Source of the DNA: an uncultured Candidatus Rokubacteria bacterium
GTDB taxonomy: Bacteria > Methylomirabilota > Methylomirabilia > Rokubacteriales > CSP1-6
Reading direction: 5' to 3'
DNA length: 64,000 nt
Assembly: GCA_963747235.1 (NCBI GenBank)
Contig: CAVVEU010000039.1
Coordinates: forward strand, 11,879 to 75,878
Below, in pieces: positions 21,371 through 31,200 of this stretch. Numbering within the stretch: position 1 is the first letter of the stretch; each line of letters opens with the position of its first letter. The translations under genes were made by a program, and so were the position numbers. Under the pieces are notes generated by a model. The model saw only the letters and a program-made list of their open reading frames with translations. It searched no databases and was not told where the DNA came from.

Positions 21371-22461
21371 CGCATCGCTTCCTCGACGCGGGCCCGCGCC
21401 ATGCGGGTGGCGGCCTCGCGCGGAAGCAGCCGGCCCGCGCGAGCGTGCTCGAGCGTCTCGCGGGTGTTGGCGCGGATGCGCTCCTCGATGGTCGCGAAGG
21501 CCTGCGCCTGGGTACCGCCGTGATATTCGATCGCGGCGCAGATGACCCCGCCCGCGTTCGCGATGAAATCGGGCACGCTCAGGATGCGGTGGGCGTGCAT
21601 CCATTCTTCGGCCGCCTCGGTGGCCGGGATGTTCGCGCCCTGGATGACCAGCCGGGCCTGGAGGCTGCTCAGGTTGTCCGCGGTGAGGGTGTCCGGTCGC
21701 GCGGCGGGAATCCAGATCTCGCACGGGACGCCGATCAGCGCGTCGCGGCCGATCGCCCGGCCGCCGGAGAAGGCGCTCAGCGGTCGCCCGGCCCGCTTGT
21801 GGGCGATCAGCGCGTCGAGGGGGAGCCCCGCCGGGTCGTGAACGGCCCCCCGGCTGTCGGAGACGGCGACCACCCGGCTCCCGCGCGCGGCCAGGAACCG
21901 GGCCGCGTGCTGCCCCACGGCCCCGAAGCCCTCGATCGCGACGCGCGCCCCGGCCAGGCCGATCCCCGCCTCCGGCGCAGCGACCTCGGCCGCGATCGCG
22001 ACCCCCCAGCCGGTGGCCCCGATCTCGTCGAGGGGGATGCCGCCGAGCACGCGCGGCAGCCCGACGGCCCGGCCGATCTCGTCCTTGATCCACGCCATGC
22101 AGCGCTCGTCGGTGCCCATGTCGGGACCGGGAATGTAGTCGGTGAGCGAGCGGATTGCCCGCGCGAAGGCCCGGGTCAGGCGCTCCTTGTCTGCCGGGGC
22201 GCCGGCCGGATCGGCGACGATGCCGGCCTTGCCTCCGCCGTGAGCCAGACCGGCGGCCGCGTTCTTCAAGGTCATGGCCCGGGCGAGGCGCGAGACCTCC
22301 TCGACCGTGACGTCCGGAGCCATGCGGACCCCACCGATGGCCGGCCCGCACGCCACGTTGTCGATGACGACCACCGCCTCGAGGCCGACGCGGGGGTCGC
22401 GCAGCAGCACGACGGTGCCGGGTCCCAGCGCATCTCCGCTTCCGCGCGCCACGAGGGGCAT
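21355..22461 (-). CDS. Glu/Leu/Phe/Val dehydrogenase
   Basis: GPAIGGVR, MTLK, GGGKAG, GPDMGT, GFGAVG, PDFIANAGGV. Confidence 0.9.
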   Translation of the reverse strand: MPLVARGSGDALGPGTVVLLRDPRVGLEAVVVIDNVACGPAIGGVRMAPDVTVEEVSRLARAMTLKNAAAGLAHGGGKAGIVADPAGAPADKERLTRAFARAIRSLTDYIPGPDMGTDERCMAWIKDEIGRAVGLPRVLGGIPLDEIGATGWGVAIAAEVAAPEAGIGLAGARVAIEGFGAVGQHAARFLAARGSRVVAVSDSRGAVHDPAGLPLDALIAHKRAGRPLSAFSGGRAIGRDALIGVPCEIWIPAARPDTLTADNLSSLQARLVIQGANIPATEAAEEWMHAHRILSVPDFIANAGGVICAAIEYHGGTQAQAFATIEERIRANTRETLEHARAGRLLPREAATRMARARVEEAMRYRKA

Positions 22462-22475
22462 GGTCGGCGTGGCGG

Positions 22476-23015
22476 TCAGAGCGGCTTGACGAGGAATCGG
22501 GCCCGACGGTTCCGGGCCCAGCACGCCTCGCTGTGCTCGATGCAGACCGGCCGCTCCCGGCCGTACGAGATCGCCACCATCCGATCGGCGGGGATGCCGT
22601 GCTCGATTAGGTAGTTCCTCGCGGCCGCCGCCCGGAGATCGCCGAGGCCGAGGTTGTAGTCGTCGGTACCCCGCTCGTCGGCGTGCCCCTCGATCAGGAC
22701 CAGGCCGCCGGGATTCGCCCGGATCCACACCGCGTTCTCGTCGAGGATCGGCGTATCCTTGGGGCGGATCGTGTAGGCGTCATAGTCGAAATAGATGTCG
22801 GCCAGCCGCGGAACCGGCACGAATTGCTCGGGCGGTGGCGGCAGGCCCGGCGCGGATGGCGCGTCGGCATCGGGCGGCTCGATGGCGGCCACCGTCGTGG
22901 ATACCTCGAGGTCGCGCGGGGTGCCGACACGGTCGGACGGCGCCTTCGCCGCCGTCTGGCACCCGGCCAGGAAGATGAGCACGATCAGCGGAAGCAGTGG
23001 ACGGAACGTATGCAT
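22476..23015 (-). CDS. OmpA/Pal-family peptidoglycan-associated lipoprotein
   Basis: lipobox LAGC; IYFDYD, IEGHADERG..YN..LG..RA, SYG.ERP, NRR. Confidence 0.88.
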   Translation of the reverse strand: MHTFRPLLPLIVLIFLAGCQTAAKAPSDRVGTPRDLEVSTTVAAIEPPDADAPSAPGLPPPPEQFVPVPRLADIYFDYDAYTIRPKDTPILDENAVWIRANPGGLVLIEGHADERGTDDYNLGLGDLRAAAARNYLIEHGIPADRMVAISYGRERPVCIEHSEACWARNRRARFLVKPL

Positions 23016-23117
23016 GACGATCGGGAAGTGCAAGGGGGGTGCCGGTCTGAAAAGTCGTACCGGGACGCCACTTGCGTCCGCCCCGGGGCTCCCGCCCGGA
23101 CGGAATCCCGACGACAG

Positions 23118-23135
23118 TGGGGCGCCGGTGTCCCG
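23118..23135. promoter_or_regulatory. putative enhancer palindrome
   Basis: TGGGGC-GCCGGT-GTCCCG, 69 bp upstream of a sigma-54 site. Confidence 0.45.
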
Positions 23136-23186
23136 CGTCACGACAGCCGGGGCGGCGATTCTCACCATCTTGCGTCGTTTGGGCGC

Positions 23187-23202
23187 TGGCACCCGGCTTG
23201 CT
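23187..23202 (+). promoter_or_regulatory. sigma-54 promoter
   Basis: TGGCAC-CCGGC-TTGCT. Confidence 0.85.
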
Positions 23203-23215
23203 CTCAGCGCCTGAC

Positions 23216-24955
23216 GTGCTCTTCAAGGCGCTCGCCTGTGACTACGATGGCACCCTCGCGTCCGAGGATCGGATCCCGCCCGTGGTGCGCGAGGCGCTGG
23301 AGCGGGTCCGCACGGTGGGCCTTCGCCTCATCCTCGTCACCGGGCGAACCTTCTTCGAGCTGACGCGGGTCTGCGATTGCCTGGAGCTGTTCGACGCCGT
23401 CGTCGCCGAGAACGGTGCCGTGCTCTACTACCCCGGCTCGGCCATGATCCGCGACCAGGGCCCACCGGTGCCGGGCCGGCTCCTCGCCGAGCTCGACCGG
23501 CGTGGGATCTACTACCAGGTGGGCCGGGTCATCGTCGGCGCGGGCCGTGCGGACGAAGGGGCGCTGAAGGAGGCGCTGGCCGCCGCGGGTGTGACGCGGG
23601 ATCTGATCTACAACCGCGCCGCGCTCATGCTGCTGCCCGCCGGCGTGTCCAAGGGCTCCGGGGTGCAGCAGGCGCTGCGCGTGCTCGGCCTGTCGCCGCA
23701 CGACGCGCTGGCTCTGGGTGACGCGGAGAACGACATCCCGCTCTTCGACGCGTGCGGCTTCAGCGGCTGCCCGGGGGATAGCCTCCCCGCCGTCCGGGAG
23801 CGCGTGGACTGGGTCTTCCCCGGGGCCCACGGCGCCGGCATCGCGGCCGCCATCACCGAGCGGATCCTGGCGGATCGCCTGGCCGTCCCGGACTCTTCCC
23901 GGCATCGCCTCTCCATCGGATGGGTGGCGGCGACGTCCGGGCCGGTCACGATCCCGGCCCGCGGCGTCAACATCCTGATCCACGGCGATCCGCATTCGGG
24001 CAAGTCGTGGCTGGCCGGTGCGCTCGTGGAGCGCTTGGTGGCCGCGCGCTACGCGGTCTGCGTCATCGATCCCGAAGGGGACTATCGGGTACTGGCGCAT
24101 CTGCCCGGCGTGACGTCGGCGGAGGTCCACGAGCCCGCCGACGTGGACCGGGCCCTGGACGGGCACCGGCAAGACCCCGCCGCGTCCACGGTCCTGGATC
24201 TGTCCACCTTGCCGCACCCGATGAAGGTGACCGTCATCGAGCGGGCCCTCTGGAAGATCCGGGAGATCAGGCGGACCAGCGGCCGCCCGCACTGGGTTCT
24301 CATCGACGAGGCGCACTATTCCCTGCACGACGGAGGGGTCGCCACCGACGCGCTGGACCTCGCGGATCGTGGGTTCTGCTTCGTGACGTACCGCCCGAGC
24401 TGGCTGCGGGAGCGCGTCATCCGAGCCGTGGACATCTTCGTCCTGGCGCGCACCACCAGGAGCGAGGAGCTGGCGTTCCTCGGCGCGACGTTGCCGGCGG
24501 TGGTGAGCGAAGGGGCGGGCATCTCGGAGGCCCTCGCGCGCCTGCCCCGCGGCGAGTTCCTCCTCGTCCAGCGCAATCGCGAGCACCCACCCAGCGCGGT
24601 GACTTTCGTGGCGGCGCCGCGGCAGACCGTACACGTCCGGCATCTGACGAAGTACGTGGACTCGTGCGTCCCGCCCGGCCGGGAGTTCCGCTTTCGCGAC
24701 CGGGACGGGCGGGTGCGCGCGTCGGCGGACAGCCTGCACGCGTTTCGCCGGGTGGTCGAGACCGCGCCCGACGACGTGCTGGCCCACCACGCCGAGCACG
24801 GCGACTTCTCGCGCTGGGTCCGCGACGTGTTCGCCGACGCCGAGCTGGCGCGCCAGCTCCGGAAGATCGAGGCGCGCTGGCGCCGTCGCGAGCTGGCGGA
24901 CCTTCGACGGACCATCGGCGCCCTCATCACGGTTCGCTACGGCGCGGACGATTAA
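23216..24955 (+). CDS. Cof-type HAD-IIB phosphatase fused to a P-loop ATPase and a small C-terminal domain
   Basis: DYDGT, GDAEND; Walker A GDPHSGKS, Walker B LIDEAH; HGDFSRWVRDVF. Confidence 0.85.
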   Translation: MLFKALACDYDGTLASEDRIPPVVREALERVRTVGLRLILVTGRTFFELTRVCDCLELFDAVVAENGAVLYYPGSAMIRDQGPPVPGRLLAELDRRGIYYQVGRVIVGAGRADEGALKEALAAAGVTRDLIYNRAALMLLPAGVSKGSGVQQALRVLGLSPHDALALGDAENDIPLFDACGFSGCPGDSLPAVRERVDWVFPGAHGAGIAAAITERILADRLAVPDSSRHRLSIGWVAATSGPVTIPARGVNILIHGDPHSGKSWLAGALVERLVAARYAVCVIDPEGDYRVLAHLPGVTSAEVHEPADVDRALDGHRQDPAASTVLDLSTLPHPMKVTVIERALWKIREIRRTSGRPHWVLIDEAHYSLHDGGVATDALDLADRGFCFVTYRPSWLRERVIRAVDIFVLARTTRSEELAFLGATLPAVVSEGAGISEALARLPRGEFLLVQRNREHPPSAVTFVAAPRQTVHVRHLTKYVDSCVPPGREFRFRDRDGRVRASADSLHAFRRVVETAPDDVLAHHAEHGDFSRWVRDVFADAELARQLRKIEARWRRRELADLRRTIGALITVRYGADD

Positions 24956-24956
24956 G

Positions 24957-27476
24957 ATGTTGGCTCCGCCGGTCTGGGCGGTGAGCATCGGGCAAGCCCT
25001 GGCCGCGTCCGCCGCCACCGAGCGCGGGCTGTCGTCGCCGGAGGCCGCCGCGCGCCTGCGGGCCCTGGGGCCGAACGATCTGGCGCCGCCCCGGCGCTTC
25101 GAGACCGTCCGTGAGCTGCTGCACTACTTCGCCAACCCACTCGTGCTGATCCTGCTCGTGGCGAGCGTGGTCTCGGCCGCGTTCGGCCAGCCGGTCAGCG
25201 CGGTGATCATCGCGCTGATGCTCGTGCTGAGCGTGGCCCTGAACTTCACCCTGGCGTTCCGCTCCCAGCGGGCGGCCGCGCGCCTGCGCGGGCAGGTGGG
25301 CCAGACCGCGACGGTGATCCGGGACGGGGTCGAGCGCGAGGTGGCGGTGCGCGAGGTGGTGGTGGGCGACGTGATCCACCTCAAGGCGGGCGATCTGGTT
25401 CCGGCCGACGGCCGGCTCCTCTTGACGCGGGACCTGTTCGTCAACGAAGCCGCGCTCACCGGCGAGTCGTTGCCCCGCGAGAAGCAGGCGACCGCCGGCG
25501 CGCTGGCCGCCGGCGGGCTCGGAGAGGCGGTGACCGCCGTCTTCCGGGGTACCTCGGTGATCAGCGGGGTGGGGGTGGCGGTCATGGTGGCGACCGGCCC
25601 GGCCACCGAGTTCGGGCGGGTGGCCGCGAGCCTTGTCGCGCGGCCCCCGGAGACCGAGTTCGAGCGGGGCACGCGGCGGTTCGGGTTCCTGATCCTCCAG
25701 GTCGTCATCTTCCTGGTGCTGTTCGTCTTCCTGGTCAACGCCCTGTTGCAGCGCGACCTGCTGGAGACGTTCCTGTTCTCGGTGGCGCTGGCGGTGGGGC
25801 TCACGCCCGAGCTGCTCCCCATGATCGTATCGGTCACGCTGGCCAGCGGGGCGGTGCGCATGGCGCGGAAGAAGGTCATCGTCAAGCAGCTCGCCGCCAT
25901 CGAGAACTTCGGCAGCATGGACATCCTGTGCAGCGACAAGACGGGCACGCTCACCCACGGGGAGATCACGGTGGACCGCCACCTGAACATCGAGGGGGAG
26001 AACGACGAGGCGGTGATCCGGCTCGCCGCGCTGAACAGCGTGTACCAGACCGGGCTGCGCAGTCCCATGGACGACGCGATCCTGAAGCACGAGCACCCGG
26101 CGGTCGCCCGGCACGAGCGCGTGGACGAGATCCCCTTCGATTTCGAGCGCCGGCGGGTGTCGGTGATCGTCCGGGACGATGGCCGGCGGCTTCTCATCAC
26201 CAAGGGGGCGCCGGAGAGCGTGCTGCCCATCTGCACGGCCCTCGAGGTGGCGGGGGCCGCCGCGCCGCTGGACGCGCCGGCCCGCGCCACCGCCGACGCG
26301 CTCTTCCGCCGGCTGAGCGCCGACGGCTACCGCGCGCTGGCGGTGGCCTACCGCCCGGTGGCCGAGCAGGCCGCCTATTCCGTGACCGACGAGCGCGAGC
26401 TGATCTTCGTCGGCTTCGCCGCCTTCTTCGACCCGCCGCACGAGGGCGTGGCCGAGACGCTACGCACGCTCCGGGCGGACGGGATCGAGGTGAAGATCAT
26501 CACGGGCGACAACGAGCTGGTCACCCGGAAGATCTGCCGGGAAGTCGGGCTCGACTCGGGCGTGATCGTGCTCGGCGCGGACGTCGAGCGCATGTCGGAT
26601 CCCGCGCTGGGCGCGGTGGCCGAGCGGACCACGGTGTTCGCGCGCGTCTCGCCGATCCAGAAGAACCGCATCGTCCGGGCCCTGCACGCCCGCGGCCACG
26701 TGGTGGGCTGCCTGGGAGACGGCATCAACGACGCCCCCGCGCTGCGCTCGGCGGACGTCGGCATCTCCGTCCAGAACGCGGTGGACGTGGCGCGGGACGC
26801 GGCCGACATCATCCTGCTCGAGAAGCGACTCTCGGTGCTCCACGACGGCGTCGTCGAGGGGCGCCGGAGCTTCGGCAACATCATGAAGTACGTCCTGATG
26901 GGCACCAGCTCCAACTTCGGCAACATGCTGAGCATGGCGGCGGCCTCGCTCTTCCTGCCCTTCCTGCCGATGCTGCCGCTGCAGATCCTGCTCAACAACT
27001 TCCTGTACGATCTCGCCCAGGTGCCGATCCCGTCCGATCGGGTGGACGGCGCCTACATGCGCAAGCCCAAGCGGTGGAACATCGCCTTCATCCGCCGGTA
27101 CATGCTGCTGACCGGGCCGCTGTCGTCGGTGTTCGACTTCGCCACGTTCGCGGTGATGCTCTGGGTGTTCGAGGCGGGCCCGGCGCTCTTCCGGACGGGA
27201 TGGTTCGTGGAGTCGCTGGCCACGCAGACCCTCGTGATCTTCGTCATCCGGACGGCCGGGCCGCCCTGGCGCAGCCGCCCCAGCCGCGGGCTGGCCTGGG
27301 GCGTGAGCGCCTGCGCGGCCGCGGGGGCGCTCTTGCCGTTCACGCCGCTGGCGCCCTGGCTCGGCTTCACGCCGCTGCCGCCGCTCTTCTTCGCTTTCCT
27401 GCTCGCCATGGTGGTCGCATATCTGGGCCTGATGGAGGTGGTGAAGCGCTGGTTCTACCGGCGCTACCCGATGTGA
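24957..27476 (+). CDS. mgtA: magnesium-translocating P-type ATPase
   Basis: TGES, TPELLP, DKTGT, GDGIND, SSNFGNMLS, NNFLYD. Confidence 0.92.
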   Translation: MLAPPVWAVSIGQALAASAATERGLSSPEAAARLRALGPNDLAPPRRFETVRELLHYFANPLVLILLVASVVSAAFGQPVSAVIIALMLVLSVALNFTLAFRSQRAAARLRGQVGQTATVIRDGVEREVAVREVVVGDVIHLKAGDLVPADGRLLLTRDLFVNEAALTGESLPREKQATAGALAAGGLGEAVTAVFRGTSVISGVGVAVMVATGPATEFGRVAASLVARPPETEFERGTRRFGFLILQVVIFLVLFVFLVNALLQRDLLETFLFSVALAVGLTPELLPMIVSVTLASGAVRMARKKVIVKQLAAIENFGSMDILCSDKTGTLTHGEITVDRHLNIEGENDEAVIRLAALNSVYQTGLRSPMDDAILKHEHPAVARHERVDEIPFDFERRRVSVIVRDDGRRLLITKGAPESVLPICTALEVAGAAAPLDAPARATADALFRRLSADGYRALAVAYRPVAEQAAYSVTDERELIFVGFAAFFDPPHEGVAETLRTLRADGIEVKIITGDNELVTRKICREVGLDSGVIVLGADVERMSDPALGAVAERTTVFARVSPIQKNRIVRALHARGHVVGCLGDGINDAPALRSADVGISVQNAVDVARDAADIILLEKRLSVLHDGVVEGRRSFGNIMKYVLMGTSSNFGNMLSMAAASLFLPFLPMLPLQILLNNFLYDLAQVPIPSDRVDGAYMRKPKRWNIAFIRRYMLLTGPLSSVFDFATFAVMLWVFEAGPALFRTGWFVESLATQTLVIFVIRTAGPPWRSRPSRGLAWGVSACAAAGALLPFTPLAPWLGFTPLPPLFFAFLLAMVVAYLGLMEVVKRWFYRRYPM

Positions 27477-27552
27477 TGCGTGACCCAGGTCACGGACGGA
27501 GGGGCCGGCAGGCGCTACAGTGGACGCACTCGATCCAACCCGGGAGGACACC

Positions 27553-28209
27553 ATGTTCAAAGCCGCCACGATCGCGTTGAGCCTCGGCCTCGGAGCGTTG
27601 CTGCTCACGCCGCCGCTCCTCGCCCAGAGCCCGCCCGCCCCCCACCCGCAGGGGCATCAGCCGGGGCAGCAGCCGGGCCACCAGATGGGCCATCAGCCGG
27701 GCCACCACATGCACGGGCATCAGACGACGGCGTCGGCGGACGGAGCGCCGACGCTGCCCGGCCAGGATGCCTTCGGGGCCATCGCCGAGGTCGTGCGCCT
27801 GCTGGAGGCGGACGCCGAGACGGACTGGAGCCGGGTCGATCTCGAGCGGCTGCGCCAGCACCTCATCGACATGAACGAGGTCGTCCTGCGCTCCGAGGTC
27901 AAGGCGAGCCAGGTTCCGGGCGGCCTGGCCATGGACATCACCGGTTCGCCGAGGACGGCGCGGGCCATCCGCGCGATGGTCGCGCCGCACGCGGTCGAGC
28001 TGGACCGCATGTCGGAGTGGTCGGCCACGACCGCGCCGATTCCGAACGGCCTCCGCCTCACGGTGACGGCGCGCGCGCCCGAGGACGCCAAGACGGTCGC
28101 GCGGATCCGCGGCCTGGGCTTCATCGGGCTGCTGGTGCAGGGTGGCCATCACGGTCCTCACCATCTCGCCATGGCCAAGGGGGAGGCGCTGCCCGGCCAC
28201 CGCCACTGA
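27553..28209 (+). CDS. secreted His-rich hypothetical protein (possible metal binder)
   Basis: signal peptide, GHQP repeats, GQDAFGAI.EVV..L..D..TDW..V.LE.LRQHLIDM, HHGPHH; GGGAGG RBS. Confidence 0.75.
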   Translation: MFKAATIALSLGLGALLLTPPLLAQSPPAPHPQGHQPGQQPGHQMGHQPGHHMHGHQTTASADGAPTLPGQDAFGAIAEVVRLLEADAETDWSRVDLERLRQHLIDMNEVVLRSEVKASQVPGGLAMDITGSPRTARAIRAMVAPHAVELDRMSEWSATTAPIPNGLRLTVTARAPEDAKTVARIRGLGFIGLLVQGGHHGPHHLAMAKGEALPGHRH

Positions 28210-28233
28210 CGGCGACCGCGGTAGAATGCCCGC

Positions 28234-29535
28234 GTGCCAAACGACCGATACGGCCTTGCCGTAACCACGGCGGCTCCGACGGCGCTCGAGGCGTACGATG
28301 CCGGCGTCGAGGCCGCGCTCGGCTGGAAGGCGAACGCCCTCGATCTGTTCCGCGAGGCGACGCAGGTGGATCCGTCGCTGGCGGTGGCGCACGCCGGCGC
28401 GGCGGCCTGTCTGTTCCTGGAAGAGCGGTTCGGAGAAGCCCGTGCGGCCGGCGAGGTAGCCCAGGCCGCGGCGACGCCGGGCGTGAGCGCTCGCGAGCGT
28501 GGCTACGTCAACGCGGTTACCCTGTGGACGGCCGGCAAGGTGCCCGAGGCGGAAGCCGCGATGCGCGAGCATCTCGCGCAGTATCCGCGCGACCTCGCCA
28601 TCATCCAGCGGCTCTACTTCGTCTTCTTCTGGCAGGGGAAGTTTCCCGCCATGCTCGAGACGACCAGCGAGCTCGTTCGCCATCATCCCGAGAGCTCCTA
28701 CATGCTGGGCATGCACGCCTTCGCGCTGGAGGAGGCGGGACGCTGCCCGGAGGCCATCCGGCTCGCGGACGACGCCATCACGAGGAACCCGGAGGACGCG
28801 TGGTCGATCCACGCCCTCGCCCACGCGCTCTACGAGTCGGCCGCGTTCGACACGGGGGCGACCCGGCTGCCGGCGGCGATCGAGCCGTGCCGCGGCCTCA
28901 ACTGGTTCCAGAACCACCTCTGGTGGCACCTGGTGCTCATGCACCTGTCACGCGGCGAGTACGCCCGGGTGTCCGACCTGTCGCGCCGGCTCTTCGAGCA
29001 GGCGCCGTCCTCGATCGCCGGCGACCTGCACGACTCGATCTCGCTCCTGTGGCGGCTCGAGCTGACCGGGCACCCGCCGGGCGACCGCTGGCAGCCGTTC
29101 ACTGCCATCGCGCGTGACCGCATCGGGCGGACGGGCCTCCTGTTCCACGTCGCGCACGTGGCGATGGCGCTGGCGGGTGGCGGCGACTGGGCCGGCGTCG
29201 ACAAGCAGCTCGCCCTCCTGCGCGAGCGGGCGCCGAAGGACCCGACGGGGCTGATGGGCGAGGTGACCCTGCCGCTGGTGGAAGGGCTCCACGCGTTCGC
29301 GGCGCGGGACTGGCCGCGCGTGATCGCGAAGATCGAGCCGCTCCGGCCGCGGATCGTCGAGCTCGGCGGCAGCCGCGCCCAGCGCGATGTCTTCCACGAC
29401 ACGCTGATCGAGGCGTGCTTCCGCGGCGGCGACATGGATCGCGCCGAGCGGCTGCTCGCCGAGCGCCTCCAGCGGCGCCCCGACCACTTCTGGCTCCACC
29501 GGCTTCAGGCCGGCGCGGCGCCTTCGCCGAGCTGA
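28234..29535 (+). CDS. TTC38-like tetratricopeptide repeat protein
   Basis: GMHAFALEE, WSIHALAH, NHLWWH, SLLWR, GGSRAQRD. Confidence 0.8.
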   Translation: MPNDRYGLAVTTAAPTALEAYDAGVEAALGWKANALDLFREATQVDPSLAVAHAGAAACLFLEERFGEARAAGEVAQAAATPGVSARERGYVNAVTLWTAGKVPEAEAAMREHLAQYPRDLAIIQRLYFVFFWQGKFPAMLETTSELVRHHPESSYMLGMHAFALEEAGRCPEAIRLADDAITRNPEDAWSIHALAHALYESAAFDTGATRLPAAIEPCRGLNWFQNHLWWHLVLMHLSRGEYARVSDLSRRLFEQAPSSIAGDLHDSISLLWRLELTGHPPGDRWQPFTAIARDRIGRTGLLFHVAHVAMALAGGGDWAGVDKQLALLRERAPKDPTGLMGEVTLPLVEGLHAFAARDWPRVIAKIEPLRPRIVELGGSRAQRDVFHDTLIEACFRGGDMDRAERLLAERLQRRPDHFWLHRLQAGAAPSPS

Positions 29536-29583
29536 GGGGCGCGAAGCCCACCCGAGTACTGCCGGCCCGCCCGGCCACGCCAC

Positions 29584-29601
29584 TGGGGCGCGACGGCCCC
29601 A
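29584..29601. promoter_or_regulatory. putative enhancer, perfect palindrome
   Basis: TGGGGC-GCGACG-GCCCCA, 69 bp upstream of a sigma-54 site. Confidence 0.65.
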
Positions 29602-29623
29602 CCCACCTTCCCGGGGGCCGCGA

Positions 29624-29636
29624 TAAGTGGTTGATT
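29624..29636 (-). promoter_or_regulatory. IHF binding site
   Basis: AATCAACCACTTA is a perfect WATCAANNNNTTR match, lying between the enhancer and the sigma-54 site. Confidence 0.75.
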
Positions 29637-29652
29637 TTGGCTGTGCTTCGGC

Positions 29653-29668
29653 TGGCACTCCCGTTGCA
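29653..29668 (+). promoter_or_regulatory. sigma-54 promoter
   Basis: TGGCAC-TCCCG-TTGCA. Confidence 0.88.
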
Positions 29669-29717
29669 GTTCCTCCTCGCTGATTGCCGTCACTTCACGA
29701 CCGAAGAGGAGGACGCC

Positions 29718-29927
29718 ATGACACTCGAACGCTGGATCCGTCTCATCGCGGGTAGCTTCGTCACGATCAGCGTCGTCCTGAGCTACTTGCACAGCCCGTA
29801 CTGGCTCTTCTTCACGCTGTTCGTCGGGCTCAATCTGTTCCAGTCCGCGCTGACTCGCTGGTGCTTGATGGAAGAGTTCCTCAAGAAGCTCGGGGCCCGC
29901 AGCGAGGCCGCCGGCAGCCGGGCATGA
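29718..29927 (+). CDS. DUF2892 (YgaP-like) membrane protein
   Basis: ERWIRLIAG...FVGLNLFQSALTRWCLM. Confidence 0.85.
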   Translation: MTLERWIRLIAGSFVTISVVLSYLHSPYWLFFTLFVGLNLFQSALTRWCLMEEFLKKLGARSEAAGSRA

Positions 29928-29994
29928 CCACCTGCGGCGGCTGGCGCGGGAGAAGGGCTCCGCGGCTGCTGGCCACACGGGCGGAGGTCGTGGC

Positions 29995-31200
29995 GTGAGC
30001 GCGCGGTCGGCGCGCCCGATGCTCGGCCTGGCCGGCCTGCTCCTGCTCGTCGGATGCGGGAGCGAGCGTGCCGCGGAGGTGCCGGGAGAGCGGCCCGCGC
30101 CGGTGAGCGGCGTCCGGGTGGAGGCGGTGAGGCCGGCCGCCATCCGGGACGCCGTGGAGGTTGCGGGCACCGTCCGGACCAGGACCCGGATGGTTATCGC
30201 CAGCAAGGTGCAGGGCTACGTCCGGGAGGTGCGGGCGCGCCAGGGCGATCACGTCGAGCACGGCCGGGTCCTGGTGACGGTGGACGAGCGCGAGCTCGCC
30301 GCGCGCGCCGACCGCGCGCGGGCCGCCCTCGCGGAAGCCGAGATGAGCCTCGATGAAGTGAGGCGGACACTGGAAGAGGCCGAGGCCTCGCTCCGCTCCG
30401 CCGCGGCGGAGCGCGCCTACGCCGAGGCGACGGCGAGCCGATACCGCCAGCTGTGGGAGCGCGAGCTGGTCAGCGCGCAGGACTACGAGGCCGTCGAGGC
30501 CAGGCGCAAGAGCACGGCCGCGGCCGTCGAGCAGGCCGAGGCGCGGATCCACTCGGTTCGCGCGCGCGAGAAGCAGATGAGCTATCGGATCGACGCGGCC
30601 GCGGCCGAGCTTCGGGCGGCCGAGATCGCGCTGGGCGAGACGCGTATCACGGCGCCCGCCACCGGCGTGGTGGTGGATCGTCGCGTAGAGCCGGGGGACC
30701 TGGCGATGCCCGGGCAGCCACTGCTCGTCCTCGACGACCCGCGGGCGTACCGGCTCGAAGCCGAGGTCGGTGAATCGGCCGTGGGCAGCGTGCGGTTGGG
30801 CCAGAGGGTCCCGGTCGTGCTCGATTCGCTCGATCGCACTCTCGAAGGCCGTGTGGTCGAGATCATCCCGACCGCCGATCCGTCCAGCCGGACGGTGACG
30901 GTCAAGCTGGACCTCCCGGTCGCCCCGGGATTGCGCTCGGGTCTGTTCGGCCGCGCTCGGTTCCCGGCCGGGGAGCGCCAGGTGCTCGTGGTGCCGATCT
31001 CGGCTCTGATCGAGCGGGGACAGCTCAGTGCCGTGTACGTGGTGGATGATCAGGGTATCGCCCGGCTCCGGCTGGTCACCGCAGGCGTGCGCCACGCCGA
31101 CCGCGTCGAGATCCTTTCGGGGCTCGATGCCCACGAGCGCGTCGTGGTGGAGGGTGCCTCGCGGGTGAGCGACGGTTCGCGGGTGGCAGCCGGGCCGTGA
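29995..31200 (+). CDS. RND efflux membrane fusion protein (lipoprotein)
   Basis: LVGC lipobox, lipoyl half-motifs, long hairpin, ITAP.TGVV, ADPSSRT. Confidence 0.9.
   Translation: MSARSARPMLGLAGLLLLVGCGSERAAEVPGERPAPVSGVRVEAVRPAAIRDAVEVAGTVRTRTRMVIASKVQGYVREVRARQGDHVEHGRVLVTVDERELAARADRARAALAEAEMSLDEVRRTLEEAEASLRSAAAERAYAEATASRYRQLWERELVSAQDYEAVEARRKSTAAAVEQAEARIHSVRAREKQMSYRIDAAAAELRAAEIALGETRITAPATGVVVDRRVEPGDLAMPGQPLLVLDDPRAYRLEAEVGESAVGSVRLGQRVPVVLDSLDRTLEGRVVEIIPTADPSSRTVTVKLDLPVAPGLRSGLFGRARFPAGERQVLVVPISALIERGQLSAVYVVDDQGIARLRLVTAGVRHADRVEILSGLDAHERVVVEGASRVSDGSRVAAGP

Noticed and set aside
18938-22351. Long antisense or alternate-frame ORFs (e.g. 1137 aa here, 1296 aa at 46486-50376, 791 aa at 52916-55291)
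   Set aside because: These are shadow ORFs of high-GC coding DNA. They are Arg/Gly/Ala-rich, lack motifs and overlap well-supported genes.
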